A DNA stretch of 45,564 nucleotides, from contig JBAVVE010000136.1 in assembly GCA_049697135.1 (NCBI GenBank), positions 1-45,564 on the forward strand, given 5' to 3'. The translations under genes were made by a program, and so were the position numbers. Shown in pieces: positions 26,870 to 35,374 of the stretch. Below the pieces are notes generated by a model, which was not told where the DNA came from, did not search any database, and worked only from the letters and a program-made list of their open reading frames with translations. This stretch comes from Candidatus Bathyarchaeia archaeon (GTDB taxonomy: Archaea > Thermoproteota > Bathyarchaeia > 40CM-2-53-6). The first letter of the stretch is position 1. Each line of letters starts with the position of its first letter.

Positions 26870-27946
26870 ATGAATTCGGAATTGTTTGCGCTCTTGCAAG
26901 TTGTCATCTTGCTGGGATCTCTCTTCATTCTAGTGAAGTCAAGCGATCTGGTCTCGGATGCTGCGGTCAGTATCGCGCGAACAACCGGCCTAGGCGAGAT
27001 GGCGGTAGGTTTTCTAGTGTTGTCAGTTGTTACGTCCCTTCCGGAGCTGGCCATCTCAATTCTTGCCTTGGGATCCGGCGACGTAGGCATTTCGATAGGG
27101 ACCCTGTTCGGATCAAACATAGCCAACCTCGGACTAGTGCTCGGTCTTACCGCGATTTTGGCGCCGGGTGTCTTCAGAATTGCACGAGAATCGTTCAAGA
27201 CCCTATCGATGATGCTGCTGGTATCGTCTGCGGTTCCAGTTCTGGCATTGGTTGCAACGGGCCTAAGCCGATTCATAGGCTTGGCGTTGCTCGTGACATT
27301 TGGGCTGTTCTGCATCTACTACGTCAGGAGTAAAGTACTGCTGGAGAGTGACGAGCCGAAAAAGCATCAGAGTTCACTCAGGCAACTATTGCTGGCAATT
27401 GGGGGCGTGGCAGCAGTGCTGGTGAGTGCCCAATTCGTCGTTAGCTCTTCCGTCTCGATCTCGAAGTTCCTTGGCATCGAGGAAGCGGTCATCGGGGCGA
27501 CAGTAATAGCGGTAGGTACCTCCATGCCAGAACTTTCGATCAGTTTGGCCGCTGCCAGAAGAAACCACATGAATCTAGCCATGGGCAACATTCTCGGATC
27601 CTGCGTTACCAACTTGACCTTGATATTGGGGATGGTCTTAGCTTTGTCGACCCCAGCAGTTAACGTCGCAGTCTTCACACAGTTGGTTGTAATGCTGCTG
27701 GTAATCAACCTGTCCGTGTGGAGAATGCTGATGGACAACAAAATCGGGCTCGGTGATGGGGTGATTCTAGCTGTCCTGTACCTGGTTTTCCTAGCCTCGA
27801 GCGCAGGGGTACAAGTCATGATCTTCTCGCCGGAGTATCTTTCCAGTGCATTGAAGGCAATGATGCGAGTGCTCGCGCTTGCATTCGTGTACGGGATAGT
27901 TGCCGTAGTAGCGATAATCCTCGCAAAAACGCTGAACAAAGGATAG
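26870..27946 (+). CDS. Ca2+/cation antiporter (CaCA; YrbG/NCX_Mj-like)
   Basis: Two alpha-repeats are present: GFLVLSVVTSLPELAISI and GATVIAVGTSMPELSISLAAA. It has ~10 TM helices and is 358 aa long. Confidence 0.85.
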   Translation: MNSELFALLQVVILLGSLFILVKSSDLVSDAAVSIARTTGLGEMAVGFLVLSVVTSLPELAISILALGSGDVGISIGTLFGSNIANLGLVLGLTAILAPGVFRIARESFKTLSMMLLVSSAVPVLALVATGLSRFIGLALLVTFGLFCIYYVRSKVLLESDEPKKHQSSLRQLLLAIGGVAAVLVSAQFVVSSSVSISKFLGIEEAVIGATVIAVGTSMPELSISLAAARRNHMNLAMGNILGSCVTNLTLILGMVLALSTPAVNVAVFTQLVVMLLVINLSVWRMLMDNKIGLGDGVILAVLYLVFLASSAGVQVMIFSPEYLSSALKAMMRVLALAFVYGIVAVVAIILAKTLNKG

Positions 27947-28052
27947 AGTTCGCATAACATACGCGCTCCCCCAACAGATGCAGCAGAACCTCCGTGTTCG
28001 ATCCAAACAGGGCTAGGCCGGGCATCGATAACAGCGGGAGCCCGTAGGTATC

Positions 28053-29024
28053 TTAGGTTGATAGCTTCAGTCCCAGTCTGTATAGCTGCTCGTCGATAGG
28101 TTTGTCGACTGTATAGGCGTATTCTAGGTCAACTGCAACTATGCGGTCTCCTTGAATTCCGGTCATATCCTTTGTCTTACCCTCAAGTAGGAAATCGACA
28201 CTGGTCGCCCCCATTCTGCACGCGAGGAGCCGGCTGCAAGCCGATGGATGTCCTCCTCTCTGTACATGTCCTAGCCTGGTTAGTCTGACTTCGTATCCAG
28301 TTTTCTCCCTGATCGCTTCGGTCACACGAGCGGAGTCGCCTGCACCCTCGGCCATAACGATTATCGCAGATTTCTTTCCCTTGTGATGACTCTCCACTAG
28401 CCTGTCGCATATCTGGTCTATGTCAAACTTGATTTCGGGTACAAGTATTATCTCAGCTCCAGCCCCTACGCCGACCTCCAACGCGACGAACCCCCTATTC
28501 CGACCCATCACCTCCACTACGAAGACCCTGTCATGGGAAGTGGCGGTGTCTCTTATTTTGTCGATAGCTTCAAGAGCAGTATTCACAGCTGTATCGAAAC
28601 CAATCGTGGTGTCGGTTCCGGCCAGGTCGTTGTCTATGGTAGCGGGTATGCCTACTACTGGCATACCTGACACTTGATGGAGCGCGTGCGCCGCCCTGAA
28701 AGAGCCGTTCCCTCCGATTATCACGAGTCCGTCCAAGCGATACTGACTCAATACCTCGCTTGCTCTGGATACTCCATCTTTTGTCTTCATTTCCTCCGCC
28801 CTGGCCGTCTTCAAGAAAGTCCCTCCCAAGTGAATTGTTCCGCTGACATCTCTCGCGTCCAGCTGTCTGCATTCATTGGCTAGAACTCCTGCATAGCCCC
28901 TTTCGAAACCGATTACTTTCAGACCTCTTGCTACCGCTGTTCTGACGACCGCCCGTACCGCCGCATTCATTCCCGGCGCATCTCCGCCCGTCGTGGCTAT
29001 TCCAATCAACCGCATACTCGTCAT
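28053..29024 (-). CDS. pfkA: 6-phosphofructokinase (PfkA family)
   Basis: Motifs: IGIATTGGDAPGMNAAVRAVV, GGTFLKTAR, IIGGNGSF, GIPATIDNDL, VEVMGRN, MAEGAG, LGHVQRGG. Confidence 0.9.
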   Translation of the reverse strand: MTSMRLIGIATTGGDAPGMNAAVRAVVRTAVARGLKVIGFERGYAGVLANECRQLDARDVSGTIHLGGTFLKTARAEEMKTKDGVSRASEVLSQYRLDGLVIIGGNGSFRAAHALHQVSGMPVVGIPATIDNDLAGTDTTIGFDTAVNTALEAIDKIRDTATSHDRVFVVEVMGRNRGFVALEVGVGAGAEIILVPEIKFDIDQICDRLVESHHKGKKSAIIVMAEGAGDSARVTEAIREKTGYEVRLTRLGHVQRGGHPSACSRLLACRMGATSVDFLLEGKTKDMTGIQGDRIVAVDLEYAYTVDKPIDEQLYRLGLKLST

Positions 29025-29091
29025 CCGAATCTTTCAAGACCCGACGTTGTTTTCCTTAAACGTTCTGACCTTTCCGCTGTGGCTCGGAATA

Positions 29092-29352
29092 TCACGAAAT
29101 GATTACTGTGGGAAGGAGATCGAGTGATGAAAGCATCGACATGAACTCCTCGCTGCTGATCCTCTTGTTGGCCTTACGGTGGCCGGCATAGTCCCTTGCC
29201 TGAATCTGTTGCCTCTTTGGCGCGTCGTCACTTGCCTCAGGTCTACGTCTTACCTTCTGCCTCGGGCCCGCTTTCGGTCCCAGGAACTTGTCAGATTGAT
29301 CGTGGAAGAAGAACCAGATCGGGAAAACGCCTATCGATATGACCAGACCCAC
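29092..29352 (-). CDS. Hypothetical small membrane protein (possibly the 3' part of a frameshifted gene)
   Basis: GTG start. It has the TM segment GLVISIGVFPIWFFF followed by a basic, charged tail. Its frame is also open upstream to 29380. Confidence 0.3.
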   Translation of the reverse strand: MGLVISIGVFPIWFFFHDQSDKFLGPKAGPRQKVRRRPEASDDAPKRQQIQARDYAGHRKANKRISSEEFMSMLSSLDLLPTVIIS

Positions 29353-29542
29353 CGATGGGCCGTCGACTAGCGCGCTTGGTAATCGCGATCACGCTCACAA
29401 TTCGCGCCGCATATCGAAAGATCTCTCTCATCAATTCAGTGGGGTCCAGCGCTGGCAATAGGTTAGCTATCCCGAACAGCCGCATTCGAATGATGCCTAG
29501 GTGAACCAGTGCGACGATCAGATCGATGAGAGTGGAGCTCAT
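29291..29542 (-). CDS. Hypothetical small membrane protein (possibly the 5' part of a frameshifted gene)
   Basis: 83-aa ORF with an N-terminal TM-like segment LIDLIVALVHLGII. It overlaps the next ORF by 62 nt in a different frame. Confidence 0.3.
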   Translation of the reverse strand: MSSTLIDLIVALVHLGIIRMRLFGIANLLPALDPTELMREIFRYAARIVSVIAITKRASRRPIGGSGHIDRRFPDLVLLPRSI

Positions 29543-30049
29543 TGGCCTGATGAGTTATATCACAACGCTTAGTTATACTCAAGTGGCGCCGCACAGATTG
29601 TACGATCGAGACGTGAAAGTCTGGTGGAGCGTCGAAAAGCCATTGCTGGCGTGGATGTCCTTGAATTACTAACAGAATCGCAGCGCAAGATGTACTGTCA
29701 TGCAGCGTTCACGCTTATTAGTCGCCCTTTCCATTGTGAAGAGAGGAAAGTTCGCATGCTAGCTAACACTCGAGACCAAGTCATCGTTCAATACAACGCG
29801 AAGCGTGAAAATGTTACAGGTACCTGTACCGTTGACGTCGAAGACGCTGACGCATGTCTATAGCAAGATGTTTCTGAAGACGTCCAAGGAAGAGGAACCA
29901 CAAACTCCTATTCCTTTCCGACCCAAGAGACCCCAACGGAGATTCAAGTCGCTTCAATTGGCACGTCCCAGCCACATCCGGCTGCAACCAGCAAGACCTA
30001 GATTGATCTCACGCCTCGGCGAAGAATGAATCGTGCGCGTGTGTGACCG

Positions 30050-30232
30050 ATGGTGGAGTTCTGCCCAAATTGTAAGTCAGCTATCGTTCCAGAGGAGAAA
30101 AATGGGCAGGTCATATTTGCCTGTTCAAGATGCGGATATGCAAGCGGCAGATCGAGAAAAACTGTGAGGATGCTTGAGAAGCCCGACCAGACCGTGTATG
30201 TGATAGAGAAAGGTCAACTGGAACGGCAATAG
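30050..30232 (+). CDS. TFS/RpoM-type N-terminal zinc-ribbon protein lacking the C-terminal catalytic ribbon
   Basis: MVEFCPNCKSAIVPEEKNGQVIFACSRCGY is the MxFCPxC...CxxCGY N-terminal ribbon of archaeal TFS/Rpb9-like proteins. The ORF stops after the linker at 60 aa. Confidence 0.5.
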   Translation: MVEFCPNCKSAIVPEEKNGQVIFACSRCGYASGRSRKTVRMLEKPDQTVYVIEKGQLERQ

Positions 30233-30262
30233 CATGGAGCGGCCCAGCTGACCTTCGCCTCC

Positions 30263-30529
30263 TTAATTCGTGTCATGAAACGAATGAAAGTCAACCGTGC
30301 AAATGCCCCCGCTCGATTGACGCACTGACCCGCAATCGTCCGCATTCATTCGCGCGCCTGGCATCAATTTGGAACCGCTCTCAACGATGCCTAGCGTCCG
30401 AGCAGGTGTTTTGATCTGCTCGGTAATGAAGTCCAGCTCCTTCTGGGATACGGATTCCATCGCAAGGATTAATGAATCGTAGAATCTCTCGAGCCACCAC
30501 TTGCTCCTCACGTTGCCGAGATTCACCAT
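30263..30529 (-). CDS. Hypothetical protein
   Basis: 88-aa ORF of ordinary composition with no recognisable motif. Confidence 0.3.
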   Translation of the reverse strand: MVNLGNVRSKWWLERFYDSLILAMESVSQKELDFITEQIKTPARTLGIVESGSKLMPGARMNADDCGSVRQSSGGICTVDFHSFHDTN

Positions 30530-31385
30530 TCAGTCGTTCTTTGCACGGACCAGGTCACAAATCTCGGATAACATATCTGATCATAGATCTACAGGTACTA
30601 CTGCGTTTCCACCGCCACGGAGCGGCCCAACGGTCCGATCTAGGTGCGAGTCCGGCGGTACTCACACCTTATTAGGTGCAGATACCCTCCTTCAACATCC
30701 TACAAGAACCTGGTAACAGTAGGCCTCCGACCATTCAACCGAGACTACTCTGGCTTTGCCGAACGTGTACCTCCGATTCAGCCTGGTTGGATAGCCTTGT
30801 CTGTTCTTAACCATTTTCCGCTCTTGTCGTAATTCATCGATCTAGGGTATCCACAGGCGTTCCAGATCGAATCGAATGCGGGCCTCATCACTTCAGCCGA
30901 GTGACGCGCTCTCTGGCCACATTGATATCATGCTGAAAGCCCATGTAAGACAGCGCCATGAATACTACGATTATGATACAAAGGACCTAGGAGGAATCTC
31001 CTAACGAATTGCGGGCGAAGCCCTGCGAAAGCTAGCAAGTGTCGAGATGGTCGCGCTCAATGGCTAGTCGGTCGCGATTGTCTTGGTTCTTTTCATCTGA
31101 CCCGCTCGCTGCAAGAAACATGCTCTTGTTTCCAGGGAAACATTCTTTGGATTCTCGATGACTTGATCAGGGTTCCGACTCAATCTTTGAAACAAGATCG
31201 CTGCCCCTCTATTCCGTCGACCATTCCCTTCAAGTCTCTCTCAACATAGTCATGCTTGAAGCTTCCAGCAGCCCGGGGGAAAGCTGACAAGTATTGCTTG
31301 CGGCCAAGCCCTTCCCGCTCGAGAAATCGTGACATCTCATGTCAGCGGCGAACCTTGACGACAGCTGCCTTTCCGAGAAGACGTT

Positions 31386-31877
31386 CTACGAGTCACTGCT
31401 GCTTGACGCTCGGGGAAAAACACTTTCTTTTCCCAGCCTTACTTGGAGAACGCGGTTAACGTACTTTGTCTCTTCGACTTTCAAGTGTTCTCCCAAGGTA
31501 ACGAACTCGTGAAATCTCTGTCCTCCTCGAACTTCCAAGATGCCATTCCTGAACTCAACCTTCACCTTCTTCTCGGGGCCCGGCACTACTCCGACTACGA
31601 TGATCTCGTCGTCTCGATGGAATATGTCTGGACTCCACTTCATCGCACTCGGGATGGAAAACTCCTTCTTGACCGTCTTCCTAAGCTCACTGATCCAGTA
31701 GACGAGCAACCCAACAGCAACAGCTCCAAGGACTATGCCGAGAACGCCTCTCTGGACTCGAACAAGCAGCACCAATACAACAGCTATGACAAGCATTCCC
31801 ACTATCAGAACAATATAGTTGAGGAATTCTCCAAGGGATATCCCGCGGTCTCTCTTGATAGGCTTCATTCCTTCCAT
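31386..31877 (-). CDS. Membrane-anchored Hsp20/alpha-crystallin-domain-like protein
   Basis: Two N-terminal TM helices (IVLIVGMLVIAVVLVLLV; GIVLGAVAVGLLVYWI) are followed by an ACD-like pattern: PDIFHRDDEIIVVGVVPGPEKKVKVEFRNGILEVRGG...TKYVNRVLQVRLGK. It starts 23 nt after the UPF0182 stop. Confidence 0.6.
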   Translation of the reverse strand: MEGMKPIKRDRGISLGEFLNYIVLIVGMLVIAVVLVLLVRVQRGVLGIVLGAVAVGLLVYWISELRKTVKKEFSIPSAMKWSPDIFHRDDEIIVVGVVPGPEKKVKVEFRNGILEVRGGQRFHEFVTLGEHLKVEETKYVNRVLQVRLGKESVFPRASSSSDS

Positions 31878-31900
31878 TCCTAGGTCGTGGTTCCAGCGCC

Positions 31901-34702
31901 CTAAGATGCAAGTTGGATCGTGATGTAGTGTAGTTCAACAACCCCGCTAATGTTAACCAAGACGCCGAAGTGAACCGTCGAGTCCTCTTGCCACATCAAG
32001 ACCTTCTCCTCGGTAACGCACCAGCGCTCAGTGAAGGAGTCCAAGAGAGCCTTGGTAGAATTCCACTGATCAACAGAGACGTATGTTACGCTTCCCTCAA
32101 GGAATGCCGCTGAGGGATTGAGATCCGTAGGCTCAGCCACAGTCAACCCATAGCTCTCGAATGCCTTCACCAAGTCCATCTTCCTCTCCTCGAGGCCTCT
32201 AAGCGGAACCTCCGGTTGCTCGATACCGGACAGCTGAGCAAGATAAGCTTCGAAGGCCTCTTCTGCAGTCCCTCCGAGTCCAACACGGTAGTCTCCTGTG
32301 AAGGCTGCTCCGACGACGGCGACGACGCCGAGTTCCGTGACTACTCCGCCGGCTGCAGCCGTGTAGACTGGGATGAAGTAGACATCGTGATCCCCAACCC
32401 GGTATAGGATATTGTCTCCTACCCGCGGCTCCCTCAGTAGCGTCTTCAACTGTGCGAATTCAGAATTCTTCTCCAGGGCTTCCAAAGCTCCTGTGGGACC
32501 TAGGAGCTTGGTCTTCGCTTCGAGCGAGACCTCGTAGAAGACCATCTCGCCCAAGTGAGGGTAGTCGTTTCTGAGGACCATGTAGCCAGCCAGGTTCCTG
32601 CCCAGCGCGCCTCTCAGTTCCAGTGATAGCAGGCCGAGAAACTCAGGCTTGTCGAAGCCAGGAGGCTGCGCCATTATGTAGTACGTGTCCAATCCTTCGG
32701 GCACCTCGAAGAACTCCTTGGCGACTATGTAACTGGCAGGATCCGTTACGTGGAAGTAGTTGTACAGGCTTACTCTCCACTCGAACAGTTCTTCAGGGTA
32801 CCTTATCTGACTCCATGCCCACTCAGGCAGTTCGGTGGTTACGTAGTCGCTGTAGGCTGTCTTGAAGAGTTGGCTGAAGTAGTCATCGCCCAGGACGATT
32901 ATCTGGAACTCTCCGCTGTAGATGTCGATCAGTGAGTACCCGACAAGTCTCAGTATCGGGTTGCCGCCGCTCCAAGGAACTTTCGACGTGTCAAGCTGCA
33001 CTATTAGAGGCATCATGTAGTAGGTGTTCTCCCCGTCTGTTACGGGAAACATGTCCACGGGGTACTGGAAGTATGGGAATAGCAACTGCATCCTGTCGTA
33101 GACATCCTTGTATCTCATCATGTGTATGGTCTGATCGCGGTAGGCCAAGAAGAAAGTGAACTCGAAGATCCAGCTCAAAGGTGGCGGCAAAGCCACTCCG
33201 CCGGATCCATCATAGAAGTATCCGTCCAATTCATCGCTTTCTGTCCGGCCAACCGGAAACGCAGACCAAGTCTGCTCCAAAAGGCCGCCTTCCCCATAGT
33301 AGATTCTCCGTTGATCGAAGAATTCGCCCGTGTCGACTATCTTGCCTTCATGGGCGTCCAGGATCAGGAAGCCGTTGGGCACGTGAGTATAGACCAGGTG
33401 CTCCGCATACCATCGATCCGTCTCACGAACCGTCTCGGGTAGCACCGGTTTCATCGAAGCAGCCCAATACAATGATCCGTTGAATCTGATGATGTCTGAG
33501 TCCTCATAGTCGATGTACGGTATCAGCCCGATCTCAGGCTTCAGCTTCGCGAAGCCTGCGCCCCAGTCCCACAGGCGTACCTTCGTCAGTAACTCTGCGT
33601 GGTCAGCCGTATACGTCGCTATCCTGTCTGCTGGCACAGGGCTCAGAGCGAACTCGTATGGGACCTCGCTGACCTTGTCCAACTCTGCGAAGTAGCGATT
33701 CACATTGATCAGTTGCTGCGTATACGGACCCAACCATTCGACCTTCTTCGGGTCTGCTATGCTTGTATTGATCGCCATCGAAGACGTGGCGATCAGAATG
33801 ATCAAGAAGACCGCTCCCACTCGAATATATACGTGTCTTCGAGTCAGGACCGTCAGACCTCTTCCCCTCGTCCAATCTAGGACGGCAAGCACCGCTAGGA
33901 CTGCTGCTGCCGCTCCAAGCCCGCCGATAAGATACTTTGTGTTATAGTCGATGAAAGATGAGAAGAATGAGTTGAACATCACCCAGAAGAGTGCTAGAGA
34001 GATCAGCCCCTCTATGGTCGCCATACGCGAAGCAGTAGAGGTCGGCGACGTGATCCTGAGGATGTGTGTGAGCCCGACGAGGAACATGAGGCGGGTTCCT
34101 ATGGCCGCCAAGAGTGGGGAGATGATAAGCGTCAGAGCGGGAATGAGAGGGATTACATTGGCCTCTGCGTAGGACGGATCCATAGGCGGCGTGATGAAGG
34201 GCAGTTTGAAGATGTTCCAGATCAGTCCGAGCTGGAGATCCCAGCCTTGAAGCATGCCGTGTGCTGCCATGCCGAAGAGCACGCTTCTGAAGAGCAGAAC
34301 CCCAAGAACAACCTTCGTGGCCTGCCAAAGAACAAACTTGACCGGTGTAAGTTTGAAAGATCCGAAGTCAACATAGTCCGGTGGCGCTGCTTGCTCTTCG
34401 GTGCTTCGCTGTCTGGCCAGTCGAAGGCCTTGGGTCAAACCCCACCAGACGAGAGACCTCCTGCTCCTGATGTCCACTCTGGCAAGAGCGATCGTTGCGA
34501 GAATCAAACCGCCTAGGAGCTGGAAGTAGATCGGTTTGATGAAGAATTCACCGAACTCTTCAATGTTGAGCCAGAACCAGATAACCTGCCCTCCTACCGA
34601 CCAAGAAATGAAGACAGCGATGACAGCAACGAGAAGAAATAGGAAACGCCTAGGAATTGTTGGAATGCGAATCGCGGGTTCCGGATACTCTGAATACTGC
34701 AT
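31901..34702 (-). CDS. UPF0182-family large membrane protein (COG1615)
   Basis: 933 aa. An N-terminal ~7-TM block precedes a large extracytoplasmic region with family-typical stretches: VRLWDWGAGF...IPYIDYEDSDIIRFNG, HLVYTHVPNGFLILDAHEGKIVD, YYMMPLIVQLD, DHDVYFIPVYTAAAGG. Confidence 0.85.
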   Translation of the reverse strand: MQYSEYPEPAIRIPTIPRRFLFLLVAVIAVFISWSVGGQVIWFWLNIEEFGEFFIKPIYFQLLGGLILATIALARVDIRSRRSLVWWGLTQGLRLARQRSTEEQAAPPDYVDFGSFKLTPVKFVLWQATKVVLGVLLFRSVLFGMAAHGMLQGWDLQLGLIWNIFKLPFITPPMDPSYAEANVIPLIPALTLIISPLLAAIGTRLMFLVGLTHILRITSPTSTASRMATIEGLISLALFWVMFNSFFSSFIDYNTKYLIGGLGAAAAVLAVLAVLDWTRGRGLTVLTRRHVYIRVGAVFLIILIATSSMAINTSIADPKKVEWLGPYTQQLINVNRYFAELDKVSEVPYEFALSPVPADRIATYTADHAELLTKVRLWDWGAGFAKLKPEIGLIPYIDYEDSDIIRFNGSLYWAASMKPVLPETVRETDRWYAEHLVYTHVPNGFLILDAHEGKIVDTGEFFDQRRIYYGEGGLLEQTWSAFPVGRTESDELDGYFYDGSGGVALPPPLSWIFEFTFFLAYRDQTIHMMRYKDVYDRMQLLFPYFQYPVDMFPVTDGENTYYMMPLIVQLDTSKVPWSGGNPILRLVGYSLIDIYSGEFQIIVLGDDYFSQLFKTAYSDYVTTELPEWAWSQIRYPEELFEWRVSLYNYFHVTDPASYIVAKEFFEVPEGLDTYYIMAQPPGFDKPEFLGLLSLELRGALGRNLAGYMVLRNDYPHLGEMVFYEVSLEAKTKLLGPTGALEALEKNSEFAQLKTLLREPRVGDNILYRVGDHDVYFIPVYTAAAGGVVTELGVVAVVGAAFTGDYRVGLGGTAEEAFEAYLAQLSGIEQPEVPLRGLEERKMDLVKAFESYGLTVAEPTDLNPSAAFLEGSVTYVSVDQWNSTKALLDSFTERWCVTEEKVLMWQEDSTVHFGVLVNISGVVELHYITIQLAS

Positions 34703-34747
34703 CTCGACCGTGAGCCATACCTCCGCAGGTAAAAAAGGTTCCTGAAG

Positions 34748-34936
34748 ATGGCTCTGATAACTTCTGGGGCGAGAGCGGCTTTCGATCCTAGTATCGACAT
34801 CGTCAACATCAAGATAGGATCAGACCTTCACAAGATCGAACCGGACCGGATCTTCCAAGAGAGAGAACGCTTGGAGGAGCGTCTAGACCAGGCCTACGAA
34901 CAGAAGGCCTACAGAAGATCGACACAGAATTGGTGA
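34748..34936 (+). CDS. Hypothetical small protein
   Basis: 62-aa ORF divergent from UPF0182 with a charged helical C-terminus. There is no further support. Confidence 0.25.
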   Translation: MALITSGARAAFDPSIDIVNIKIGSDLHKIEPDRIFQERERLEERLDQAYEQKAYRRSTQNW

Positions 34937-34943
34937 TGTGAAC

Positions 34944-35372
34944 CTATAGTTCGGTGTACGCCCGGTCCACCAAGAATTCTGAGCGGGGCCCTCTTTCCAC
35001 GTCAACCACCGCTCGCATTGCTCTGAACTTGGATGCTCTGATCCAGAATGGCGAGTCCGGTGGGATCTGATGCGCTCGCTCTTGCTGGCAAAGAATTCTT
35101 GTAACTACTGATTTGTGCGTATTACGCTGTCTGAGAGGATATGAATCGACTAGGATTCTTGCCACAAGCTCCTTCGTGGCCTATGTAACTACCTTCTTGA
35201 TTTCGCCCCCCAAGGCCCTCAAACTTCGCAACTCATCATAGTTGTCACAGGAGAGTTCGAAGGGACCGAAGGGAGACATGAGGGTATTCATCATCACAGG
35301 CCTCGCCTGTGTAGGCGAGCGAACTTGGACAAAGAAATACGGAAGTCTGTATCCTTGCGTGGTACCATTCAA
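34944..35372 (-). pseudogene. Unidentified ORF interrupted by an in-frame TAG
   Basis: ORFs 35181..35372 and 34944..35165 are in the same frame, separated only by TAG at 35181-35183 (...GGEIKKVVT*ATKELVARILVDS...). No family was recognised. Confidence 0.3.
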
Positions 35373-35374
35373 AT

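Noticed and set aside
27367-27960. 197-aa minus-strand ORF opposite the CaCA antiporter
   Set aside because: It is an antisense shadow ORF. The sense strand carries both CaCA alpha-repeats.
29124-29159. GTGATGA ... CTGA resembling C and D boxes of a C/D sRNA
   Set aside because: The boxes are only ~25 nt apart. This is too short for a C/D' / C'/D sRNA. There are no internal C'/D' boxes or terminal stem, and the site lies inside an ORF.
29805-30029. 74-aa plus-strand ORF upstream of the TFS-like gene
   Set aside because: It is extremely basic, Pro/Arg/Lys-rich, low-complexity sequence that overlaps another weak ORF (29624-29863). Neither has motifs or a start context.
30643-30668. 9-bp hairpin considered as a tRNA arm or SRP RNA helix
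   Set aside because: The flanks give no cloverleaf. The SRP helix-8 motifs (GNAR loop plus AGCA-type asymmetric loop) are not present. It is kept only as part of the ORF-poor-region finding.
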